A stretch of DNA of 64,000 bases, from positions 416,001 to 480,000 of the forward strand of contig OY969814.1 in assembly GCA_963703345.1 (NCBI GenBank), in the 5' to 3' direction. Positions 54,162-63,683 of the stretch are shown here, in pieces. The DNA comes from an uncultured Chloroflexia bacterium (GTDB lineage Bacteria; Chloroflexota; Dehalococcoidia; DSTF01; JALHUB01). Every line of letters starts with the position of its first letter. The stretch's first letter is position 1. The position numbers and the translations under genes are program-made. The notes under the pieces were generated by a model, which saw nothing but the letters and a program-made list of their open reading frames with translations, ran no database searches and was not told where the DNA came from.

Positions 54162-54430
54162 TTCTGAGGGATAAATCCCTCAGCCTGTGTCCGGCACAGC
54201 TTCTGCCGAAGGCTGAGCCTGCCTGCCGGTAGACAGGGCTTCCAACCCTCAGAACCGTTTCCCCTCCCCACGTCGCCCCTAAGCGATTGGAATGCCCGGC
54301 GCCGCGAAGGCGGCGCAGAGAATCAGTTCTGAGGGTTAAAACCCTCAGCCTTCGCCAACAACGTTCTTCTGGGAGGCTGAGGGACTCATCCCTCAGAGGT
54401 GTTCTTCTCACCATGGTCCGGAGGGATTTA
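54162..54430. repeat. Cluster of CTGAGGG-N6-CCCTCAG palindromes arranged as two inverted doublets
   Basis: Units at 54164-54183, 54213-54252 (interrupted), 54329-54348 and 54377-54396; half-site near 54418-54430. Confidence 0.8.
54218..54237. repeat. 20-bp palindromic mini-element nested in a CTGAGGG palindrome
   Basis: CCTGCCTGCCGGTAGACAGG. Confidence 0.7.
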
Positions 54431-54465
54431 TACGCTGCGGCTTCGACGGACGGGTGCAGGCGTCG

Positions 54466-55713
54466 CTACGCGACCGGAATGCCCGGCGCCGGGAAAGCCG
54501 AGCAGAACTCCTTCACCTCGTTGCGCACACGCTCCAGCGTCTGCTCATCGTCCACGTTGGCGATGACTTCGTCCATCCAGGCGACGACGCGGCGCATCTC
54601 CGGCTCCTTCATGCCGCGCGAGGTGACGGCCGGGCTGCCGATGCGAATGCCGCTGGGGCTGAACGGCTTGCGCGGGTCGAAAGGGACCGTGTTGGCGTTG
54701 ACGACGATGCCCGCCTGGTCCAACGCCCTCGACGCCTTCTTCCCCGTCACGCCCTTGTTCGTCAGGTCGATCAGGATTAGATGGTTGTCGGTGCCGCCGG
54801 AGACGAGCTGGAAGCCGCGCTCCAGCAGCTCGCCGGCCATCGCCTTGGCGTTGCGCACCACCTGCACGCCGTACTCCTTGAACTCCGGCGTCGACGCTTC
54901 CTTCAGGGCGACGGCGATGGCGGCCGTGGTGTGGTCGTGCGGGCCGCCCTGGAGCGCCGGGAAGACCGCGCGGTCGATGCTCTGGGCGAATCGCTCACGG
55001 CACATGATCATGGCGCCGCGGGGGCCGCGCAGAGTCTTATGCGTCGTTGTGGTGATGACGTCGGCGTAGGGCGCCGGGTCGGGATGGACACCGGCGGCGA
55101 TGAGCCCGGCGACGTGGGCGATGTCGGCCAGGAAATAGGCGTCCACCTCCTTCGCGATGTCGGCGAAGGCCTTGAAGTCCCACAGGCGCGGATAGGCCGT
55201 GGCGCCGCAGACGATGACCTTCGGCCGCGCCTCCTTCGCCAGCGCCCGCACGGCGTCGTAGTCTACCAGGTTCGTCTGTCTGTCGACGGTGTACTGGACG
55301 GAGCGATAGAAGCGGGCGGAGAAGTTGACTTCCCAGCCGTGCGTCAGGTGGCCGCCGTGAGGGAGGCTGAGGCCCATTATCGTCTCGCCGGGCTCCAGGA
55401 GCGCGTAGTAGGCGGCCATGTTCGCCGGCGAGCCGGAGTAAGGCTGGACGTTGGCGTGCTCGACGCCGAAGAGGCTCTTCGCCCGCTGGATCGCCAGCTC
55501 CTCGATGGCGTCGACGTAGCGCTGCCCTTCATAGTAGCGCTTGCCGGCGTACCCCTCGGAGTACTTGTTCGTCAGAACGGAGCCCAGCGCCTCCATGACC
55601 GCTGCGGACGCATAGTTCTCCGATGGGATGAGGCGCAGCGTCTCGAACTCGTAGCGCGTCTCCGCCTCGATGAGCGCGTAGACCTCCGGGTCGACCTGCT
55701 GCAACTGCTTCAA
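54466..55713 (-). CDS. glyA: Serine hydroxymethyltransferase
   Basis: LIPSENY, NKYSEGY, GGHLTHG, TTTTHKTLRGPRG, SGIRIGS. Confidence 0.97.
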   Translation of the reverse strand: MKQLQQVDPEVYALIEAETRYEFETLRLIPSENYASAAVMEALGSVLTNKYSEGYAGKRYYEGQRYVDAIEELAIQRAKSLFGVEHANVQPYSGSPANMAAYYALLEPGETIMGLSLPHGGHLTHGWEVNFSARFYRSVQYTVDRQTNLVDYDAVRALAKEARPKVIVCGATAYPRLWDFKAFADIAKEVDAYFLADIAHVAGLIAAGVHPDPAPYADVITTTTHKTLRGPRGAMIMCRERFAQSIDRAVFPALQGGPHDHTTAAIAVALKEASTPEFKEYGVQVVRNAKAMAGELLERGFQLVSGGTDNHLILIDLTNKGVTGKKASRALDQAGIVVNANTVPFDPRKPFSPSGIRIGSPAVTSRGMKEPEMRRVVAWMDEVIANVDDEQTLERVRNEVKEFCSAFPAPGIPVA

Positions 55714-55803
55714 ATCAACCTCCTCGGCGCTCTGCTACGACGGTTGAGCCGGTCCCTCGCTTCGCGGGCCCTGGTTCTTGCGGCCGCGCCCGCCTCGACG
55801 GCG

Positions 55804-56751
55804 TCAACGGCGTCTTGGCTGGCCTTCGCTCTTTTCGCCGGCGGGCTGCTCCGGCGGCTGCGACTGAGGCGCCCTCTCCACGGCCCGTAGCTCTTCCTTC
55901 ACCAGCTCGGCGGGCCGCACCACCGTGCCGTACTGCCCACGCAGCTCCTCGATCGGCATTTCGACGATGGTGAGGCTGTCTGCGACACGGAGCGATACGG
56001 TCTGCTTGAGAACGTGCACGGCTACGAGCTTCGCCTCCCCGGCGGGCGTCGAAAGCAACTGCCCCACCTTCGGCAGCTTGCCTCGGAGTTCGCGGTATTG
56101 CTCGTGCTCGTAGGCCAGGCAGCAGAGGAGGCGGCCACAAACGCCGGATATCTTGGACGGGTTCAGCGGCACGTCCTGTTCCTTCGCCATCCGGATCGAG
56201 ATCGATGGGAAGGCGGCGAGCCAGGAGCGGCAGCAGAGCGTGTAGCCGCACTGGCCGATATCGCCGACCAGCTTAGCGCGGTCGCGCTCGCCCACCTGCA
56301 GGAGCTGCACCCGCTTCTGGAGCGCGGACGAGAGGTCGCGCACCAGGGCTCGGAAGTCCACCCGCTGCTGGGCGGTGAAGTAGAGCGTCAGGCGGGAGCC
56401 CTCGAGGTTGGAATCGCCGCCGACGAGGTGCATGTCCAGGCCGTGCTCTTCCACTTTGCGGCGGGCGAGCGTCAGGTCCTCGTGCACGGCGCCTCGGAGC
56501 GACTCCGTCTTCGCGATATCTTCGTCTGTGGCGATGCGGAGGATCGGATCGAGCGGATCGCCGATCTCTTCGGCGACCACCTGCTCCGGGGCGATGACCA
56601 CTCGCCCTAGGGAGGAGCCGTGGGTCGTCTGAACGACGACCTGCTGGCCAATCTTCAACTCGATGTCTTTGGCGTCGAAGTAAATTACTCTTCCGGCGCC
56701 GTCGAAGCGTACACCGGCAATGCGACGCGCTGTCGCGGATTCTTCGGTCAT
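55804..56751 (-). CDS. yaaT: PSP1-domain protein, YaaT/RicT-like
   Basis: RVDFRALV, GQCGYTLCC, KISGVCGRLLCCLAYE; directly downstream of holB. Confidence 0.9.
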   Translation of the reverse strand: MTEESATARRIAGVRFDGAGRVIYFDAKDIELKIGQQVVVQTTHGSSLGRVVIAPEQVVAEEIGDPLDPILRIATDEDIAKTESLRGAVHEDLTLARRKVEEHGLDMHLVGGDSNLEGSRLTLYFTAQQRVDFRALVRDLSSALQKRVQLLQVGERDRAKLVGDIGQCGYTLCCRSWLAAFPSISIRMAKEQDVPLNPSKISGVCGRLLCCLAYEHEQYRELRGKLPKVGQLLSTPAGEAKLVAVHVLKQTVSLRVADSLTIVEMPIEELRGQYGTVVRPAELVKEELRAVERAPQSQPPEQPAGEKSEGQPRRR

Positions 56752-56774
56752 ATCTGCAAGCTCTCCGGTCCGTC

Positions 56775-57848
56775 TCAGCCCGGCCTCGCGGCGGCCCCGG
56801 CGAGCTGTCTCTCCTTTCTTGGTGCCGGCATCTGGAGCGTCAGCGCCTCCAGCGCCAGTTGCGGGTTCACGTTGTCGGACAGGTACTCCGCCGTCCGTCC
56901 CAGCGCCCGCAGAAATGACACAATGTCTCTTATCATATATTTTCCGGCCATCAGGGCCAGTCTGTCCAGAAGACCGGCGTTGATGACGATATCCGACTGA
57001 CCGGCCGCCGTCAGCAGCACGTCGCGCCACCACTCACGCCACAGTTCTAGCACAGCGAAAACGTTGCAACGGTCGCGGTAGAAGCGCCTCGACATCTCCG
57101 CCGCCCAGGCGAAGCGCTCATCGCGGCCGGCGGCGCTCAGGCGGTAGACGTCCTCCAGCACCGACTCGCGGGCTGGCAGCACCGTTTCGTCCTCCCACGC
57201 CGCCACCGCCCAGCCGAGTCGCCCGCTGCTCAGCCTGGCGAGCACCGCCGCGTCCTCGGGCGGCACCTCCCAGGTCTCCCGCAGCGCCGTCACCACCGCG
57301 GCTGCGGACATCGTGCTGAAGGGCACCAGGCGGCAGCGCGAGCGGACCGTCGGCAGCAGCGCCTCCTCGCGGCTCGTCACGAGGACGAGCACGAGGGAGG
57401 ATACGGGCTCCTCCAGCGTCTTCAGCAGCGCGTTCGACGACTCGGCGTTCAGGGCGTCCGCCGGATCAATTATGGCGACGCGGAAGCGGCCCTCGAACGG
57501 CGCTCTGCTGGCGATCCGCTTCAGCCGCCGTATCTGGCAGATGCGTATCTCCTTCGAGCCGTCCGCCGCGTGGTCCTTGTGCTCCGGGCCCGCCTCTTCG
57601 CAGAGGCCGCCGATGCCGATGACCTCGACGTCGGGATGTCTACCTTCCTCGATCAGACGGCACTGGCGGCAGCGGTGACAGGGCGGGTCTTCGCCGCGGC
57701 AGTTCAGCGCCTGCGCGAACTCCAGCGCCGTCGTCGCCTTGCCGACCTGCGGCGGTCCAACGAAGAGATAGGCGTGAGCAGCGCGCCCTTCCGCCAGCGC
57801 GCGGCTTAGTGACGCCTTCGCCCGCTCTTGACCGATGATCTTCCACAT
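56775..57848 (-). CDS. holB: DNA polymerase III delta prime
   Basis: HAYLFVGPPQVGK, C-C-C-C Zn site, HPD, NALLKTLEEP, TVRSRC. Confidence 0.93.
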   Translation of the reverse strand: MWKIIGQERAKASLSRALAEGRAAHAYLFVGPPQVGKATTALEFAQALNCRGEDPPCHRCRQCRLIEEGRHPDVEVIGIGGLCEEAGPEHKDHAADGSKEIRICQIRRLKRIASRAPFEGRFRVAIIDPADALNAESSNALLKTLEEPVSSLVLVLVTSREEALLPTVRSRCRLVPFSTMSAAAVVTALRETWEVPPEDAAVLARLSSGRLGWAVAAWEDETVLPARESVLEDVYRLSAAGRDERFAWAAEMSRRFYRDRCNVFAVLELWREWWRDVLLTAAGQSDIVINAGLLDRLALMAGKYMIRDIVSFLRALGRTAEYLSDNVNPQLALEALTLQMPAPRKERQLAGAAARPG

Positions 57849-57852
57849 GACG

Positions 57853-59187
57853 CTAACCCACCGGTCCGTCGCCGCACTCGCAGCGCAGCAGGTCGTCGTA
57901 GCTCTCGCGACGGCGCACGAGGCGGGCCCATCCATCCTTCACGAAGACGACGGCCGGCCGCAAAGAGGCGTTGTAGTTGCTGGCGAGCGGCAGGCAGTAG
58001 GCGCCGGCGACGGGGATGGCTAGAAGGTCGTCAGACTGCAGCTTCGGCAGCTCGACGTCGCGGACGAGCACGTCGCCGGACTCGCAGTACTTGCCGGCGA
58101 TCGTCACGCGCTCCAGCGGCCCTTCTTCGTCGGCGCGATTGGCTAGGAGCGCTTCATAAGCGGCGCCGTAGAGGGCGGGACGGATGTTGTCCGCCATCCC
58201 TCCGTCAACGCAGGCGTACGTGCGCACGCCGGCGATCTCTTTGCGCCCGCCCACGCTGTAGAGCGCTAAGCCAGCGCGGGCGACCAGCGACCGTCCGGGC
58301 TCGATGACGAGCCGTGGCGGCGGCAGGTCGAATGCCTGGCACGACTCCTTGAGCGTCGTGACCAGCGCCTCGGCGTACTCACGTCGAGAGGGCGCGGGCA
58401 GGCCGCGCTGGTATTGGACGGCAAAGCCGCCGCCGGCGTTGATCTGCGCGAACTGGTGGCGCCCCTTCAAGCGTGCGGCGAACTCGACGAGGGCCCCGAG
58501 CGACTGCTGGAAGGGCTCAATCTCGAATATCTGCGAGCCGATGTGAGCGTGCAGGCCAGCGAGGTCGAGCGCCCTGGATGCTGCAATCGCTTCGATGGCC
58601 TCTTCCGCCTGTCCCGTTGCGAGCGGCACGCCGAACTTCGAGTCGAGCGCGCCGGTCGAGATGTAGCGGTGCGTGTGCGGATCGACGTTCGGCGAGACGC
58701 GCAGGAGCACCGCCTGCCGCTTTGCCATCGTGGCAGCCAACTCGTCCAGAAGGGCTATCTCGCGGAAGTTGTCGATGACGATGTGGCCGACGCCGGCGTC
58801 CAGCGCTTCGCGCAACTCCTGCGGCGACTTGTTGTTGCCGTGCACGTAGATGCGCTCCGCGGGGAAACCGGCCGCCAGGGCAATCGCCAGCTCGCCGCCG
58901 GAGGCAACGTCCAGGCTTAGCCCTTCTTCGGCGAAAAGCGAAGCGATAGCGCGCCCGAGGTAGGCCTTCGCGGCATAGACAACGGTTGTCTCGGGGTACG
59001 ACGGGTCGAAGGCGGCGAGCCATTCGCGGGTGCCCTCCCGCAGCTCAGTCTCGTCGAACACGTAGAGCGGCGTCCCGAACTCCCGCGCCAGATCGACAGC
59101 GTCGCAGCCGCCGAGGCTGAGATGGCCCTGCGGCGTCAGACCGGCGGTGCGCGGCAGTATTGGAACCAGGGCGGGATCGAGAGACAT
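57853..59187 (-). CDS. lysA: Diaminopimelate decarboxylase
   Basis: FGTPLYV, YAAKA, HGNNKS, HIGSQ, EPGRS, CESGD. Confidence 0.96.
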   Translation of the reverse strand: MSLDPALVPILPRTAGLTPQGHLSLGGCDAVDLAREFGTPLYVFDETELREGTREWLAAFDPSYPETTVVYAAKAYLGRAIASLFAEEGLSLDVASGGELAIALAAGFPAERIYVHGNNKSPQELREALDAGVGHIVIDNFREIALLDELAATMAKRQAVLLRVSPNVDPHTHRYISTGALDSKFGVPLATGQAEEAIEAIAASRALDLAGLHAHIGSQIFEIEPFQQSLGALVEFAARLKGRHQFAQINAGGGFAVQYQRGLPAPSRREYAEALVTTLKESCQAFDLPPPRLVIEPGRSLVARAGLALYSVGGRKEIAGVRTYACVDGGMADNIRPALYGAAYEALLANRADEEGPLERVTIAGKYCESGDVLVRDVELPKLQSDDLLAIPVAGAYCLPLASNYNASLRPAVVFVKDGWARLVRRRESYDDLLRCECGDGPVG

Positions 59188-59220
59188 GGCTTTTCCTGAA
59201 AGATGCGTTTCCTACGAATG

Positions 59221-59249
59221 ATTATACGGTGCTGAAATGGGAGGGTCTA
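59221..59249 (-). promoter_or_regulatory. Sigma70 promoter for lysA-holB-yaaT
   Basis: TAGACC-17-TATAAT on the minus strand. Confidence 0.65.
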
Positions 59250-60125
59250 GGCGAGCCGCCCGCCGGGCAATGCGGCGAGGATCTCGCTGTCTTCCGTCCG
59301 CAGGCTCACTCTGCCTTCGTCGCGAAGCTTGCAGAGATGGGATATCAACTGGCCCGCGGCCATCCCTTTCAGGTGCGACGATAGCTCCGGGTAGATCCGC
59401 CGCCGCAGCGTGGACACACTCAACTCGCCTTCGCGCAGCAACGACAGCAGTTGCTCTTCACGCTCATGGCGGTGGTCGATGAGCTCCTGTATTTTGCGCT
59501 CCGGCTCCCGCACCGGCGGGCCGTGGCCCGGGCAAAGCAGCGCAGCGCCGAGCGTTTTCATGTGCTCCAGGGAGCGGACGTAGAGGGTCATGTCGCCTTC
59601 GGGAGGCGGTGGTATCGCCGTCGTGCCCAGGCCAAGCACGTTGTCGCCGCTGAAGAGCACCGCTTCCTCTTCCAGGAAGAAGCAGAGATGGCCGGCGCTG
59701 TGGCCGGGGGTTAGGACAACCCGCAGCCGGAGATGCCCCGCCGACAACGTCTCGCCGTCTGCAAGCGGCGGGCCGAAGCGGACGTCGGGATGCCGTCGCT
59801 TCAGGTCGTCGCGGAGGAGGCGTTCCTCTTCGGCGTGCATCCGAATCGGTGCGCCTGTGGCCGCGGCGAGCAGGAAGGCGCCGCCGGCGTGGTCGCGGTG
59901 GTGGTGCGTTACCGCGATCAGCTCGACCTGCGGTCCGCCGAGCTCCGCCAGGTATGTCAGCCGCTCGTTTGTCCCCGTTTCGTCTTCAAGGCCGCCGTCG
60001 ATAATGATCGCCCTCCCGCCGTCGACGACAAGGTACACATTCGGCTCATAGGGGCCGGCATAGCGAGCGGAGGGAGCTCGCAAGACGTGAATGTTGGCCG
60101 TGAGCTGCAAGTCGCTACCTCGCAA
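59247..60125 (-). CDS. MBL-fold hydrolase, LACTB2-like with C-terminal winged helix
   Basis: THHHRDHAGG, TPGHSAGH, FSGD, PGHGP, HRHERE. Confidence 0.88.
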   Translation of the reverse strand: MRGSDLQLTANIHVLRAPSARYAGPYEPNVYLVVDGGRAIIIDGGLEDETGTNERLTYLAELGGPQVELIAVTHHHRDHAGGAFLLAAATGAPIRMHAEEERLLRDDLKRRHPDVRFGPPLADGETLSAGHLRLRVVLTPGHSAGHLCFFLEEEAVLFSGDNVLGLGTTAIPPPPEGDMTLYVRSLEHMKTLGAALLCPGHGPPVREPERKIQELIDHRHEREEQLLSLLREGELSVSTLRRRIYPELSSHLKGMAAGQLISHLCKLRDEGRVSLRTEDSEILAALPGGRLA

Positions 60126-60321
60126 ACAGTCGCGAGATCATTGTACAGGCGTCCACTTGCTGCTGCGACGGGTGCGCCAGGCGCCGTTCGTTGGCTGGGA
60201 GCCACGTGCGATGGTCGCGCTCTCGGTGCGCCCGCCGCAGGCGGGCGCCTAAGAGAAACGAACAAAGTGTGGGAGCGAGGGGACCTTGACCGAGTATGTG
60301 AGTCGTTGGGTTAGGGGACGC

Positions 60322-61911
60322 CTAAGCTACCTGCACCGCCTGAGAGCGCGAGCAGACGATGTTCCCGCCGCTGGATTTCGCCTCGTAGAGGGCCGCATCG
60401 GCCGTCGCGATCAGATCCGGCGCCTCCGGCAGCGCCCGGCAGTTCGCTTCGGCAACGCCCAGGCTTACGTTGAGGGCCAGCGTACAGCCGCGCGGGAGAT
60501 GGAAGGGCTGTCTCTCCACCCTGCTGCGGAACCGCTCGCCGAAGCGCAGCGCAGCGCCTAGGTCGGCCTCGGGCAGCACGAATAGGAACTCATCGCCGCC
60601 GTAGCGTCCGACGACGTCTCCCTTGCGACAGCTCTGACGGGCAAGTCGCGCCAGTTGCAGGAGCACTTTGTCGCCGGCGTCGTGGCCGAACTCGTCATTG
60701 ACGGCTTTCAGCTTGTCCACGTCCAGAAGGCCCACGCTCAGCGCCCTGCCATGGCGAAGGGCGCGGGCGCGCTCCGCCTCGATCACCTCTTCGACGTAGC
60801 GGCGGTTGGGGATGCCGGTAAGGGCGTCCGTGCGCGCCAGCCGGTGTTCGATCTCCGTGTTTTCCTGGAGTTGTCGGGAGTACCTTTCGAGTTGTTGCTT
60901 CGATTCCGCCAGCGCCGCGTAGATGTTCCTTGCCTTCAAGCCCACCGCCAGTTGAGTGGCGATCGTCTTAAAGCCCTCCACCTCCTCCGGCGGGAACGTG
61001 CGCGGGCGGAAGCTGGCAAAGGCGATCAGTCCCAGCATCTCGTCGGCGAAAAGTATAGGCACACGCGCCGCCGAGACCAGCATAACCCACTTGAAGTACT
61101 CGCGCTCGTCCGCCGTGACTATCGGGTCGTTTTGAATGTCGCGCATGAGCACGGGTTCGCGCGTGCGGATAACCTCCAGCAGCGGCCCGTCGACCAGCGA
61201 CGTATCTCGCCACCGCTGACCGACCGGAGTGCTCTGCCAGCGGGGGCTGTTGAGGGCCTGCGTTACCATACGCTGCGACGCCTCGTCCCAGATATCGATC
61301 CGCACTATCTCATAGCCCATGTTGTCGGAGATGGCGCTGGCCAAGTTCGACAACAATGAATCCGTGTCCTCCGCCTGCGTCAGCACCTCGGCCGCGTTCG
61401 CCAGGGCGGACATCTGCTGGCGCTGGCGCTCTGACCAGCGCGCGTTCAGCATCCGCTCGAGGAACATGATGAGCGAGGGTCGCGCGGCTTCGATGAACGT
61501 GAGCAGATTTTGGTCTATTCCCTCGTCCCAGGGGCCGCGGATGATCACCATTTCGGCAGGGCTCTCTCGGGTCGGAATCCTGACGCCCAGGCATTCGCGC
61601 TCCGGTCCGCCGGTAGCGCTCACGAGGTCTTGAACGCGCCCCGCCCGAATGTTGAAAGCGACGGGCTCCTTTTGCGTTTGTGTGCGCTGCTGCACCAGCC
61701 AGAGCCCTTTCTCGCCGGTGCCGATCTCATCGCCGCAGTGGGAATCGCCGCAGCGCAGCCAGTCCAGACCTTCGGCGTAGACAAAGCACACCTGTTCCGC
61801 GCCGAGCGCTTCCTTGAGGGCGTCGGCTATGCGCGTAAGTCCCAGCCTGCTGGCCGGTCCCCTGGCGGCGAGATCGGCGAGTTGCTGGAGGGTATCAAGG
61901 CCGGGCTTCAC
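60322..61911 (-). CDS. GAF-GGDEF diguanylate cyclase (GTG start proposed at 61911)
   Basis: TDALTGIPNRR, RKGD I-site, RYGGDEF; GGAGAG RBS before GTG. Confidence 0.9.
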   Translation of the reverse strand: MKPGLDTLQQLADLAARGPASRLGLTRIADALKEALGAEQVCFVYAEGLDWLRCGDSHCGDEIGTGEKGLWLVQQRTQTQKEPVAFNIRAGRVQDLVSATGGPERECLGVRIPTRESPAEMVIIRGPWDEGIDQNLLTFIEAARPSLIMFLERMLNARWSERQRQQMSALANAAEVLTQAEDTDSLLSNLASAISDNMGYEIVRIDIWDEASQRMVTQALNSPRWQSTPVGQRWRDTSLVDGPLLEVIRTREPVLMRDIQNDPIVTADEREYFKWVMLVSAARVPILFADEMLGLIAFASFRPRTFPPEEVEGFKTIATQLAVGLKARNIYAALAESKQQLERYSRQLQENTEIEHRLARTDALTGIPNRRYVEEVIEAERARALRHGRALSVGLLDVDKLKAVNDEFGHDAGDKVLLQLARLARQSCRKGDVVGRYGGDEFLFVLPEADLGAALRFGERFRSRVERQPFHLPRGCTLALNVSLGVAEANCRALPEAPDLIATADAALYEAKSSGGNIVCSRSQAVQVA

Positions 61912-62003
61912 AACTACTCTCTCCGAATCGACATCATCAACCCGTCCAATTATTACATTCGGCAGGGCGGCTGGCTTTCTAAATACCGATATACGACCTG
62001 CCC

Positions 62004-63599
62004 TCAAGCGGCATTTTTCCGAGTCGCCAGCGAGCACGTCTTGTTGCCGCCCTTGGCCTTCGCTTGATAGAGGGCTTCGTCGGCCTTCTTGATCAGCGCG
62101 AAGGGCTTCTGGGCCTTTCCGGGGTCAAGTTGGGCGACGCCGATGCTGATGCTCAATTTCGCGCTGCCGTCGCTGGCGAAATCAAGGACCTCTCTGGCGA
62201 CCACCGTGCGGAAGCGGTTTGCGAATCTCTCCGCAGCGGCAAGGTCCGCCCGGGGCAGGACGAAGATGAACTCATCGCCGCCGTAGCGCCCGACGACATC
62301 GCCGCGCCGGCACGTCCGCCTGGCAAGGTCGGCAAGCTGCACAAGAGCGGCGTCTCCCGCTTTATGGCCGTAGTTATCGTTTATTCCTTTGAACTTGTCG
62401 AGATCGGCCAGCGCAACGCAAAGGAACGTCTTGTGGCGGATCGCCCGCGAGCACTCGCCCTTTATTACCTCATCGATATAGCGCCGATTTGGAATGCCGG
62501 TTAGAGCGTCCGTCCGGGCGAGGCGGTGCTGTACCTCCATGCTGGACTGCAGCTCCTCAGAGTATTCCCGTAGCTGTCTTTCTGACTGAGCTAGCGATCT
62601 GTACATCTCCAGCGCCTTGAGAGCCGCGCCCAACTGGCTGGCGAAGCCGTTCAACACCTCCACTTCTGTCTCGCTGAAGTTTCGCGGCCGCTGGCTGCCG
62701 ACTCTTAATACGCCCAGGAACTCGTCGCGGAAAGTGATCGGGAACTGGGCGGCAGAGAATATGTGAGCCTGCTTGAAGAACTGCCGTCCTCGTTCCGGTA
62801 TCCTCTCGTCGTTTTGAAGATCGGGGAGCAACAGCGGCTGGCGCATGACCATCGCCGCCTTAAGAAGCGCTTCGGGATAAAGAGTGACGGTCTGTCGCCG
62901 CTTCCATTCGTCGCCGAGAGACGTGTCTATTTGCGGTCCGCGGTTCAAGACGCTGAGCACAAAAGACCGCGATTCCTTGTCAAAAACGTCTATCGTCACG
63001 AGGTCGTAGCCGGTGGAATCGGAGATCGCGTTCGCCAGGTCTCTAAGGACCGGCGATATGTGCTCCGCCTGGATTAGCAATTGAGCGGCATCGGCCACAG
63101 CGGACATTTGCTTCCTCTGGCGGTCGGCCTTGGCTACGCTGAGCACGCGACCGAGGACGAGGGCCATGGCCGGTGTTGCGGCCTCGATGAAGGCGAAGAC
63201 GCCAGCGTCCGCGGGGGAATTGGGACGGGTCCTGACTACGAGCATCTCGCCGCTGCCGCTGTCAAGCTGGAAGGCGAGATGTCGCCTCTCGGCGGCCTGC
63301 GGAGCGCCCACTATGTCGCTGACGCGCCCGCCCGCTATGTCGAAGGCAACGGGCCCTTCCACGATCTCGCACTGGTGCTGGACCAGCCACAATCCCATCT
63401 GGTTTGTGCCCAGTCCTTCCCCAGCGCTCGAATCGCCGCAGACCAGGAAATCCTTATCTTCGGGATAGACGAGAAAGACGCGTTCCGCCGCCACCGCATC
63501 ACGAACCAGGTCGGCGATGCGCACGAGTGATTGCTCGTCCGCCTGGCCGTCGATGGCAGCGCCCGCCAGCTTACGAAGAGAAGTGACCTTGTCAGTCAC
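62004..63599 (-). CDS. GAF-GGDEF diguanylate cyclase, tandem paralogue
   Basis: TDALTGIPNRR, RRGD I-site, RYGGDEF. Confidence 0.92.
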   Translation of the reverse strand: MTDKVTSLRKLAGAAIDGQADEQSLVRIADLVRDAVAAERVFLVYPEDKDFLVCGDSSAGEGLGTNQMGLWLVQHQCEIVEGPVAFDIAGGRVSDIVGAPQAAERRHLAFQLDSGSGEMLVVRTRPNSPADAGVFAFIEAATPAMALVLGRVLSVAKADRQRKQMSAVADAAQLLIQAEHISPVLRDLANAISDSTGYDLVTIDVFDKESRSFVLSVLNRGPQIDTSLGDEWKRRQTVTLYPEALLKAAMVMRQPLLLPDLQNDERIPERGRQFFKQAHIFSAAQFPITFRDEFLGVLRVGSQRPRNFSETEVEVLNGFASQLGAALKALEMYRSLAQSERQLREYSEELQSSMEVQHRLARTDALTGIPNRRYIDEVIKGECSRAIRHKTFLCVALADLDKFKGINDNYGHKAGDAALVQLADLARRTCRRGDVVGRYGGDEFIFVLPRADLAAAERFANRFRTVVAREVLDFASDGSAKLSISIGVAQLDPGKAQKPFALIKKADEALYQAKAKGGNKTCSLATRKNAA

Positions 63600-63683
63600 C
63601 GCGCGAATCCCAAAGAGATTGGCCTCTCAGGCCTCTGCTATTAGGTTCGGCAAGCGAAGACCGATCCAGCAGATGCAGAAAAC

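Noticed and set aside
54162-54430. CRISPR array
   Set aside because: Repeats alternate orientation, spacers are irregular and no cas genes are present
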